From Pelagomonas calceolata (Eukaryota), in contig CAKKNE010000006.1 of the NCBI GenBank assembly GCA_918797485.1, positions 2,604,001 to 2,668,000 on the forward strand: 64,000 bases of DNA, given 5' to 3'. Position numbers and translations under genes: made by a program. Shown piece by piece: positions 10,886 to 19,418 of this stretch. Positions within the stretch are counted from its first letter, which is position 1, and each line of letters starts with the position of its first letter. The notes beneath the pieces were generated by a model. That model saw only the letters and a list, made by a program, of their open reading frames with translations, ran no database searches and was not told the origin of the DNA.

Positions 10886-12009
10886 GGTTTCCTAGCGCTT
10901 TTGCAGTTGTCTCTTGCCGGCGCTCCCGCTTTGTATGCCTTCTGCAGCTGCTGCCTTGCACGGCTCTTGCTCGCGCGCTGCCGGCTCTCACGCCGTGAAA
11001 ATTTTGCTACACAACCAGTGTGGCCTCCGCAGCTGCGCGCGGTGGCCTCACTTGCCGCCCGGGCCCGCGGGGCGCTGAACCCAGAGTTCGCTCTCGATGC
11101 TGGTGTTTTGAACCAGGCCTTCTAAGTGAGACACACTAGGAAGCAATTGAGAGTCGTCACCGAGGAGCAGGAGGAGCCGGATGACTCCACGCAGGCGACG
11201 ACTCCGCCGCCTCGCTCGCGGGGCGGTCGCGGGGCCGACCGCGGCGTAGTCGGCGTCGAGCGCGAAAAGCGAAGAACTAGAACATCACAACGACGGCATC
11301 ACAACGCCGGCCGCGGGGCGCCGCCGCGACGGGTCCAATCAAAGGGAGGAGCCTAGACATTGATGTCCTCCGCGACGACTGGCAGGACGCGTATGATACG
11401 CGTGTGCCTCCAAACGCTGCAGGCCCCGAGCCCCGCGTAGGCCATCACCGCGACGGCCACTACCAACGCAAAAATGCCGCCGGCGATGCCGATCACACGC
11501 TCCGAGAGCGCCCAGGCCGCCGCACCCATCAGGCCTCACTACGTATAAGGATGGCATGTGATTGGGCAGCCGGCGCCGTGATGCGGAGGGCGCGCACGTC
11601 CCTCGCATACAAAAATTCGGCGGCCGCGCGCAGCAGCGTCGCACGGTCCATGGTTGCCAGGAGGGGCAGGGCTTTGCCAGCTTGGAGGTGGTGAGCTAGC
11701 CGAGTCTACGAGCCAGGAGTCGCGCGCCCGGCGCGCGAGAGGACTAGCGAGGCCTCCGCGACGCGTCTCCGTCGCGTGAGAAAACCCGCAAGTTATGCTG
11801 CAGACGAGCTAAGTTACGAGCTTGGCAAGGATCGCGGCGTGCGAGACGCAGCACTGCGTTCACACACCGCCAACACTCGTATTATTCATCGTCCAAGCCA
11901 CCGCACTGCTTCACGTAGCCGCAACGCCATCCGTGCGACCGCATAGCAGCACAGCCGTAGTGCAATCCAGCCCTAGAGCTGCGCATAGCAGCGCAAGAGC
12001 TGCACACAG

Positions 12010-13050
12010 ATGGCGCGACGAATCACGCTCGCGCTCTGCGCACTAACAACGGCATTCCAAACGCCGCCGCGGCAACCCTCAAAGACGAGACTCCGCGCCA
12101 CCACAACAACCGAGTGGGACCTCAGCCTCTTCTCCCCGGCCAAGATCAACCTCTTCCTCCGCATCATAAAGAAGCGCGACGACGGCTTCCACGAGCTCGC
12201 GTCGCTCTTCCAGGCCATCGACCTTGGCGACGTCCTCTCGTTCCAAAAACTATCAACAAATGATGAGGACATTCTCGAGTGCGAGACGGAGGGCATGCCC
12301 CTCGACGCCACGAATTTGGTGCTGAGGGCCGTCTCATTATTGAGAGAGAAGTGCCCCTCGGGCACAATTCCAGGCTTCCGGATCCTACTAGAGAAACGAA
12401 CTCCCATGCAAGCGGGCCTGGGCGGTGGCTCGTCGAACGCCGCCGCCGCTTTATATGGTGTGAATGAATTGTGCGGCCGACCGGCGACGCAACAACAGCT
12501 CATTGATTGGAGCGGAGCTCTGGGAAGCGACATCACGTTTTTCTTGGGACCGACCGGGAGCGCGTATTGCACGGGACGAGGGGAAATCTTGGAGCCCGTC
12601 GACGCGCTGCCGACGACCTACAAGCACCTCTTCGTCATCAAGCCCTACAGGGGTCTGTCGACGCCGCTCGTGTTCAAGACGTTGGCTGCGTCGGAGTACT
12701 CAACTTTAAGGAGAGATGCGGACCCACGCACACTATTAGAATCTTTTGGAGACGGCTCGCGCGCGGCGCCTCTGAGCGACTACGTGAACGACCTCGAGCC
12801 TCCCGCTTTTGAGTGCGAGCCGGTGCTAGCACAAATCAAAGATAGGTTATTGGACAAGTACGGCTTCCACGCGGCGATGATGAGCGGGAGCGGCACATCT
12901 TTATTCGCCGTGGCGACGGGGAATGAAGTGGATGCCGATGCGTTTCCCGCGGCGTTCGTGGAGGAGTGCAAAAATGAATTGGACGTCGACGTGGACGTCT
13001 GGCCGACGCGGTTTCTAGGAAGAGACGCGGGGGAGTGGTACGCGAAGTAA
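12010..13050 (+). CDS. ispE: 4-diphosphocytidyl-2-C-methyl-D-erythritol kinase, plastid-targeted
   Basis: SPAKINLFLRI, PMQAGLGGGSSNAA, GSDITFF, NDLE, MSGSGTS; signal peptide followed by an AF (ASAFAP-like) motif. Confidence 0.96.
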   Translation: MARRITLALCALTTAFQTPPRQPSKTRLRATTTTEWDLSLFSPAKINLFLRIIKKRDDGFHELASLFQAIDLGDVLSFQKLSTNDEDILECETEGMPLDATNLVLRAVSLLREKCPSGTIPGFRILLEKRTPMQAGLGGGSSNAAAALYGVNELCGRPATQQQLIDWSGALGSDITFFLGPTGSAYCTGRGEILEPVDALPTTYKHLFVIKPYRGLSTPLVFKTLAASEYSTLRRDADPRTLLESFGDGSRAAPLSDYVNDLEPPAFECEPVLAQIKDRLLDKYGFHAAMMSGSGTSLFAVATGNEVDADAFPAAFVEECKNELDVDVDVWPTRFLGRDAGEWYAK

Positions 13051-13697
13051 GGAGGGTTAGTCATTTTGCGCGGTGAACGAGAGGGGTCGCGGCGGCGGCG
13101 TCAAGGGGGCTTGCTGCGGGGTCCAGACACGTCCGACGCGACCCGGGCACGCCTCCGGACACGCTCAGCGTCCGGCTCGGCGCGATCTTCGGCGAGCCAC
13201 AGAGGGCCTGGGCTCCACGGGCTCGAAGAGTCGTCTAGGGGCTCCCACGCGCTCGGGGCAGGCGGCCGCTCGCTGCGAGGGGCGCGTATCAACGAGCGTC
13301 AAATTGAAATGGAAGGCCACGCAAGCCATACGTTTTCGTCGATACAGCCCCGACTGGCAATTAAACCGTGCGCACGCCGCGTCGCAACTTGCACCAAAAC
13401 CGGCGCGCGCGCGTCAAAAGGCTCAGCACCCCACGGCAACGCCGCCGCGCGCGAAAGGGCTGCGTTTCCGCGCCGCGCGGGCGGCGCAGCGGTGGCCTTC
13501 CAAAAAATCGCGCCTATCGCCGCCCCACGGCGCGCGGCGCACGGCGGGCGGCGCGCGGGGCGCGCAGCGCGTCACACGCGCCGCGCCGGCGCCGCGCGGC
13601 CACAAAAACGCCGATGCGCACACTTGCACCTGACGCGCGCCCGACATCGCACCGACACGCATCTCACCACAAACCACCGCAGGCAAAAACTAACACG

Positions 13698-16600
13698 ATG
13701 GCCACTACCATGAACGCCATCGCCGACGCGATCCAGCCATCCGCCCTCGAGGCGCTGCTCACGCAGACCCTGGCCGACGAGGCCGGTTTGAACGACGTGG
13801 CGGAGGGCTTCAAGCCCATCCTCGCCTACGTCGCGTCCCTCGCGTCGAACCAGTGCGTCGCCGAGACCTTCCACATGTTCGAGTGGGAGAAGACCTGCAA
13901 GGCCTACCTCGCGCCCATCCTCGCCGACGAGGAGAAGTGCGCCGCGGTCACGAAGAAGTTCATGGACGAGTCCGAGAAGCGCGTGCCCAAGCGCGAGGTC
14001 GAGCTCGACATCCCCGAGGGCGAGGGCGAGATCTTGTGTAATGTCGAGTTCAAGCTCGCCTACGGCGGCAAGATCCTGCTCAACACGACGCACTTCCACG
14101 TGCGCCGCGGCCGCATCTACGGCCTCCTCGGCCACAACGGCTGCGGCAAGTCCACGCTCATGCGCGCCATCTCGTCGGGTGCCCTCGCGGGCTTCCCCGG
14201 CGCCGAGGAGCTCATGAAGCTCCGCGCCTGCTTCGTCGACCACGACATCGACGGCTCGGACGCGAACACGCCGACGATCGACTTCTGCCTCCAGGAGCCG
14301 GTCCTCGCGCCGCTCGGCCGCGAGAAGATCCGCGAGAAGCTCCTCGAGATGGAGTTCACGGAGGAGCTCATCAACAAGCCCATCTGCAACCTGTCGGGCG
14401 GCTGGAAGATGAAGCTCGCGCTCGCGCGCGCCGTCCTCCTGAACGCCGATCTCCTGCTCCTCGACGAGCCGACGAACCACCTGGACGTCCAGAAGCAGCA
14501 GTGGCTCTGCGACTTCCTCACGGGCCCGCAGTGCGAGCACGTCACGACGCTCGTCGTGTCGCACGACTCCAAGTTCCTCAACAAGGTGCTCTCGGACGTG
14601 ATCCACTACGAGAACATGCGCCTCAAGCGCTACACGGGCAACCTCGACCAGTTCGTCGAGCAGTGCCCCATGGCCAAGGCCTACTTCTCGATCCACGACA
14701 CGGAGATGAAGTTCACGTTCCCCGTGCCGGGCCCGCTCGAGGGCGTCAAGTCGCGCACCAAGGCCATCCTCCAGGCCAAGAACATCACGTTCACCTACCC
14801 GACGTACCGCGACCGCGTCCTTTACCTTCTTCGAAGACCGATTGGCGCAACGGTAGCGCGTCAGATTCCAGTCCTGAAGGTTACGTGTTCGAATCACGTA
14901 TCGGTCACTTGTTCGACGTCGCGTCGATGGCGTGGCGGAGGCGTAGCATTCCGCTTCCCTCGAGAGTACGAACGCGCGTCGACGGTACGTTCCCCCGCAG
15001 GCCCGAGGAGAAGGCCCTGGGCCCGTCGTGCAAGACGCGCTCCGGCAAGCCGACGCTCGAGGACGTCTCCGTTCAGGTGTCGCAGGCGTCGCGCATCGCG
15101 TGCATCGGCCCGAACGGCGCGGGCAAGTCGACGCTCATCAAGGTGCTCGTCGGCGAGACGAAGCCCGACGAGGGCTGCCCCGAGGTCTACCGCCACCAGA
15201 ACTGCCGCATCGCCTACGTGGCGCAGCACGCGTTCCACCACATCGAGCAGCACCTCGAGATGTCGCCCGTCGAGTACATCCAGTGGCGCTTCTCCGGCGG
15301 CCTCGACAAGGAGCAGCAGGCCATGGAGGCGGCCCAGATGTCCGAGGAGGAAAAGGCCCAGCTCAAGCAGCCCTTCATCGTCTACCTCAAGGAGCTCGCC
15401 GCCGAGCTCGACGAGGCCGGCAACGCGACGGGCGAGCGCGAGATCATCTTCGAGAAGATGGAGCCGCTCAAGAAGGGCCAGAAGCCGCCGCCGGTCGACC
15501 CGGTCAACGGCATCTTCCCGAACTGCGTGCGCACGATCAAGCAGCTCATCGGCCGCCGCACGCGCCACGGCGACTACGAGTACGAGGTCAAGTGGGGCGA
15601 CAAGGAGATGGTCTCCATGGACCCGAAGAACAACCTCTACGTGCCCAAGGTCGTGCTCGAGACGCACGGCTTCCACAAGCTCATGAAGGCGATCGACGAC
15701 AAGATCGCCGCCGAGGCCGGCAACGTCAAGCCGCTCACGACGACGGCGATCCAGAGGCATTTGGACGACTTCGGCCTGCACGAGGAGTTCGGCACCTACG
15801 GCAAGATGAAGAACCTGTCGGGCGGCCAGAAGGTGAAGTGCGTCATCGGCGCGTCCATGTGGTTCTGCCCGCACATCGTCGTGCTCGACGAGCCGACGAA
15901 CTACCTCGACCGCGACTCGCTCGGCGCCCTCTCGCGCGCCATCAAGGAGTTCCAGGGCGGCGTGCTCATGATCTCGCACAATGCCGAGTTCTTCGGCGAC
16001 ATCGCGCCCGAGGTCTGGGAGGTGCCCGGCGACCAGAAGGTTCATGTGTCCGGCGCCGAGTGGATGGAGGCCGTTAAGGCGAAGGAATTAGCCGAGGCCA
16101 AGGCCAAGAAGAAGTCGATCCCGAAGCAGGACGACGACAAGTTTGACGCGCTCGGCAACAAGATCGAGACGGCCGTGGCGGCCGCGGACATCGACCGCGA
16201 CTACGTACCGCGACCGCGTCCTTTATATTTTCAACTCCGTGGCGCAATGGATAGCGTATCAGACTTCGAATCTGGGGGTTGCGGGTTCGAGTCCCGTCGG
16301 AGTTGACCGCGGAGGAGTCCGCCGACGGATGTTGTGGCCGAGTGGTCTAAACCCTGCGTGGGTGACCAGAGGCGCTGGTTTTAGGCACCAGTCTTCGGGC
16401 GTGGGTTCGAACCCCACCAACATCATGGCGGCTCCTCCTTCGACCGATTGGCGCAACGGTAGCGCGTCAGATTCCAGTCCTGAAGGTTACGTGTTCGAAT
16501 CACGTATCGGTCATTCATGAACGCGTGTCGACGGTACGACCCCTCCGCAGGTCAAGAAATTGACGAAGCAGCTCAAGGCGCTCAAGGAGCGCGTCAAGAA

Positions 16601-16763
16601 GGGCGACGCTTCTGCTGAGGATGAAATGTATGAAGTAGAGGAGGCCTTGGACAAGGCCAACGCGATCCTCAAGAAAGAGAAGGAGGCCGCGAAAAAAGAA
16701 AAGGAGGCCGCGAAGGCCCTGGCCAAGGCCGCCAAGGCCAAGGAGAAGAAGTCGAAGAAGTAG
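13698..16763 (+). CDS. Elongation factor 3 (eEF3)-like twin ABC ATPase; exons 13698-14803, 15001-16204, 16551-16763; 840 aa
   Basis: ABC1 (GHNGCGKST, LSGGWKMKLALARA, LLLDEPTNHLD); ABC2 (GPNGAGKST, AYVAQHAFHH, LSGGQKVK, VLDEPTNYLDRDSLGAL) with the chromodomain-like insert GRRTRHGDYEYEVKW; Lys-rich tail; GT-AG introns 14804-15000 and 16205-16550 restore frame; very strong codon bias. Confidence 0.92.
14836..14907 (+). tRNA. tRNA-Trp(CCA), inside intron 1 of the eEF3-like gene
   Basis: 72-nt cloverleaf: acceptor GACCGAT/ATCGGTC+A, D arm GCGC-AACGGTA-GCGC, anticodon arm TCAGA-TTCCAGT-CCTGA, T arm ACGTG-TTCGAAT-CACGT. Confidence 0.93.
16233..16305 (+). tRNA. tRNA-Arg(UCG), inside intron 2 of the eEF3-like gene
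   Basis: Acceptor AACTCCG/CGGAGTT+G, D arm GCGC-AATGGATA-GCGT, anticodon arm TCAGA-CTTCGAA-TCTGG, T arm GCGGG-TTCGAGT-CCCGT. Confidence 0.95.
16328..16425 (+). tRNA. tRNA-Leu(UAG) with a 20-nt non-canonical D-loop intron (16350-16369), inside intron 2 of the eEF3-like gene
   Basis: Acceptor GATGTTG/CAACATC+A; removing the insert gives the canonical GCCGAGTGGTCTAAGGCG; anticodon arm CTGGT-TTTAGGC-ACCAG; short variable arm TC-TTCG-GG; T arm GTGGG-TTCGAAC-CCCAC. Confidence 0.9.
16442..16513 (+). tRNA. tRNA-Trp(CCA), identical second copy, inside intron 2 of the eEF3-like gene
   Basis: 72/72 identical to 14836-14907. Confidence 0.93.
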
Positions 16764-16927
16764 ACGCCTTCGGCGGCGAAGTCGGGGGAGTAGACGCCTC
16801 CGGCGGCGGTTGTCGCGCCCCGACCACACGGGTCGTCGCGTCGGTCGCCTATTCAAGTTTTAGTCCCCCCGCACGTATCCCCTGTGATAAACCTTGAACT
16901 AAACTGCCTTACCCGGGATTTGATTGA

Positions 16928-17903
16928 CTACATCCCCAGCAGAAATCCAGTAGCGTCGGCCATGGAGTCGCTCGACACGATAGACGCCAGGACCTCCTTG
17001 CCACAGCTCTTCGCCTGGTCCCACGCGTAGTCCTTCGCCACCTCCGTCGCAAACTTCTTCGCGAGACCTGTGCCGGACGCAGCCGCCGACGTGCCGGACG
17101 CCGCCGCCGAGAGGTCCAGCGAGGCCGACGACGACAGCGAGACGCTCGGCGGGGGCAGCACCGCGCACTGCGTCGCGGCGGGCGCCGCCGGCGCGACGAC
17201 CGTGAACGACCGGCCGGGTCCTAGGCGTTGGGGCACCGTCGCTCGAATCGTCTGGCCCGACGGGACTTTGACGAGTAATTGTGATCCAGGCGGTTTGTCC
17301 GGCGGGCACGTGACGCTGACGCGGTGGACGGGAGGCGCCGCCAGCGCGGGCACGAGTATCGTAAACGTCTCGCCCGGCGCGCAGCCTTCCGGGATCGACG
17401 CGCGGGCCTTGCGGCCGTCGGGAATTTGCACGGTGATCGGCTTGCCCGCGTGACCGTCGGCCGGACACGTCACCCGCACGCGCAGCGGCGCCGGCGCCTT
17501 CGCCTTGGGGCTCGCGGGCGGCGTCGGGGCTTCGGGCGGCGGAGAGATGGGCCGCGGCGGCAGCGGCGGCGGCGCTACGGGCGCCCGCGTCGCTTTCCTG
17601 AGCTTCTGCTTCAGGAGCGATTGCTGCAGTTTGTTCGTAAGACCGCACTGCTCGAAGACCAAGGCGAGGTCGTCGTCCGACGCGTTTGCCTGTGCGGAAA
17701 TCAACCAGTGAGTTAGGTTCTAAATGCGCCCGACATTTGATTTCCACACAGGCATTTGCGAGGTAGTCGCCGTCGATGCCCGCTTCTCGCATCTTGTCGG
17801 CGGCGCCGGCGAACTGCGTCCCGAAGCCGGCGACGACGGCGCGGACCTGGTCCGCGTCGAGCGTCTCGAGCGGGCCGTCGACCTTGGACGCGGTGGCGCC
17901 CAT
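16928..17903 (-). CDS. Putatively N-myristoylated protein with a SAM-like domain and two small beta-rich repeats; one GC-AG intron 17690-17759
   Basis: MGATAS start; REAGIDGDYL|ANASDDDL...LTNKLQQ is SAM-like; repeated VTCPxD..G..I.V..P.G..V.IP....PG..FT unit. Confidence 0.75.
17690..17751 (-). mobile_element. Introner-like TIR element
   Basis: TIR ctgtgcggaaatcaa / ttgatttccacacag; 8-bp TSD gcgtttgc / gcatttgc. Confidence 0.85.
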
Positions 17904-18376
17904 GGTGTCGCTTGAGCTGGGTGGCGTTCTTAGGGGTTTCCCTTAGAGCGATTCTCCTGCACGGACCACTTCGCCGTCGCAAGGGTTCGTCTAGCGTTCG
18001 TGACTGCTTCCTATCTCACTTGACTCAAGTGAGGGTCCCGAGATCGACTCAGCGTTCGTTTTTCGGCACCAGAAGGTCGTAAGAGTAACCTCAGACACTT
18101 TCAATGTGAAATTTCGACGGATGGGCTGATCTGCACACGAAATTCCTATCTCGATGCTAGCGGCATGTAGACACTAGCCAGCTCCTAAGATGAAGGCTGA
18201 GCGTGCAAAGCGATGCAATAACGCATTGCTTTGCATAACTTTTGATAGGAAACATTAGCATTTGCACACCTGACAGTCGTGGGACACTCCTTGCTGCTGC
18301 AGACAGCCAGTAGCAGCCTCGCCGGAGAGCCCATCATCAAGCGGCGACAGGCGCGCGTGACAATAACCAGCCGCAA

Positions 18377-19384
18377 ATGACGCTGTCCAGCAACAGCAAA
18401 TCAGCCGCACTTGCAGGAGCAGCCGCCCTCGCCGCCTGCGCCTACGCCTGGCACCTCCGCAAGCGACTAGAAAGAGAGCAGCGGCTCCGCAAGGAGGAGC
18501 GCAAAGGAAGAACAAGAGCTGAGGCCGCCTTACGCAACCTGAGCAAGCAGCGCGACCGCATCCCGACGCAGTCGCTGCGGACAAGGCAAGTGGCCGCGAT
18601 CGGGCACGTCGAGACGCCCTTCGTCAAGCGGAGCGGCACGCCGCGGCAGGGCATGGTCTGCCCGTCGTCGCGCGGCGTCGTCAAACTCGATCAAGCAGCA
18701 CATGCCTGCCTCAGCAGAGCGGCCCTGGACGGCCTCGAGGACTACTCGCACATCTGGGTGCTGTTCGAGTTCCACGCGAATACCGATATGCATTTTAAGG
18801 CCGCGAAAGTCGCGCCGCCTCGAGGCTATGGCGCGAAGGTCGGCTGGCTGGCCACGCGGGCGCCGCATCGAGCGGTCCCCGTCGGCCTGTCCCTTGTGAA
18901 GGTCGATTCTGTGGATGCCAAGAATTTGCATATACACATCTCGGCTTTAGATTTGTGTCACGGGACGCCCGTCTGGGACATAAAACCCTACGTGCCTTGG
19001 GATGCCCCACAAAGTGAAATAAGGTACCCGGCCTGGGTCTCGCGGAACGACGTCCTGAAGGGTGTTCGCTGGGAATCTCAAGCTTTAGATGCCCTACGCA
19101 AGCTCGCGCCGTCTCTACTCGAGACGTACGGCTTCCCGACGGACGCCCTGGACGACGCCCAGAAGACGCTCGAGGAGGTCCTCGTGCAGGACCCGCGCAA
19201 CAAGCGGCGGCGCAAAACGCGGGGCCCGGACGGCGCCGGCGCGGGGACGGGGGCGTCGTACCGCATCCCCTTCGCTGGCTTGGACGTCGACTTCCGCGTC
19301 GACGAGTCGCGCACGGTGGTGGTCGAGGCGGTCGCTCTGGGGGCGGAGGACGGGGACCTGCTGCGGACGGAGGTCGTGGAGTAA
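18377..19384 (+). CDS. TRMO: tRNA (adenine(37)-N6)-methyltransferase TrmO/TsaA family
   Basis: IGHVETPF..RSGTPRQG, GLEDYSHIWVLFEFHAN, ATRAPHR, LDLCHGTPVWDIKPY, VLVQDPR. Confidence 0.9.
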   Translation: MTLSSNSKSAALAGAAALAACAYAWHLRKRLEREQRLRKEERKGRTRAEAALRNLSKQRDRIPTQSLRTRQVAAIGHVETPFVKRSGTPRQGMVCPSSRGVVKLDQAAHACLSRAALDGLEDYSHIWVLFEFHANTDMHFKAAKVAPPRGYGAKVGWLATRAPHRAVPVGLSLVKVDSVDAKNLHIHISALDLCHGTPVWDIKPYVPWDAPQSEIRYPAWVSRNDVLKGVRWESQALDALRKLAPSLLETYGFPTDALDDAQKTLEEVLVQDPRNKRRRKTRGPDGAGAGTGASYRIPFAGLDVDFRVDESRTVVVEAVALGAEDGDLLRTEVVE

Positions 19385-19418
19385 GTTGTTGTGTGTTCGA
19401 TAATACCAAACTTACGCG

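Noticed and set aside
13066..13697. Arg/Ala-rich ORFs upstream of the eEF3-like ATG
   Set aside because: GC-rich promoter/5' UTR sequence without the codon bias that begins abruptly at 13698
13572..16045. Long antisense ORFs (441 and 383 aa) opposite the eEF3-like gene
   Set aside because: Expected artefact of extreme GC3 codon bias; no domain content
13368..16306. Apparent programmed frameshift between the 772-aa and 601-aa ABC ORFs
   Set aside because: Fully explained by the GT-AG intron 14804-15000
14836..16513. tRNA copies as SINE heads or prophage/integrase attachment sites
   Set aside because: They are full cloverleaves with intact stems and no SINE body or A-tail; the sequence between the two Trp copies is the host exon and no integrase is present
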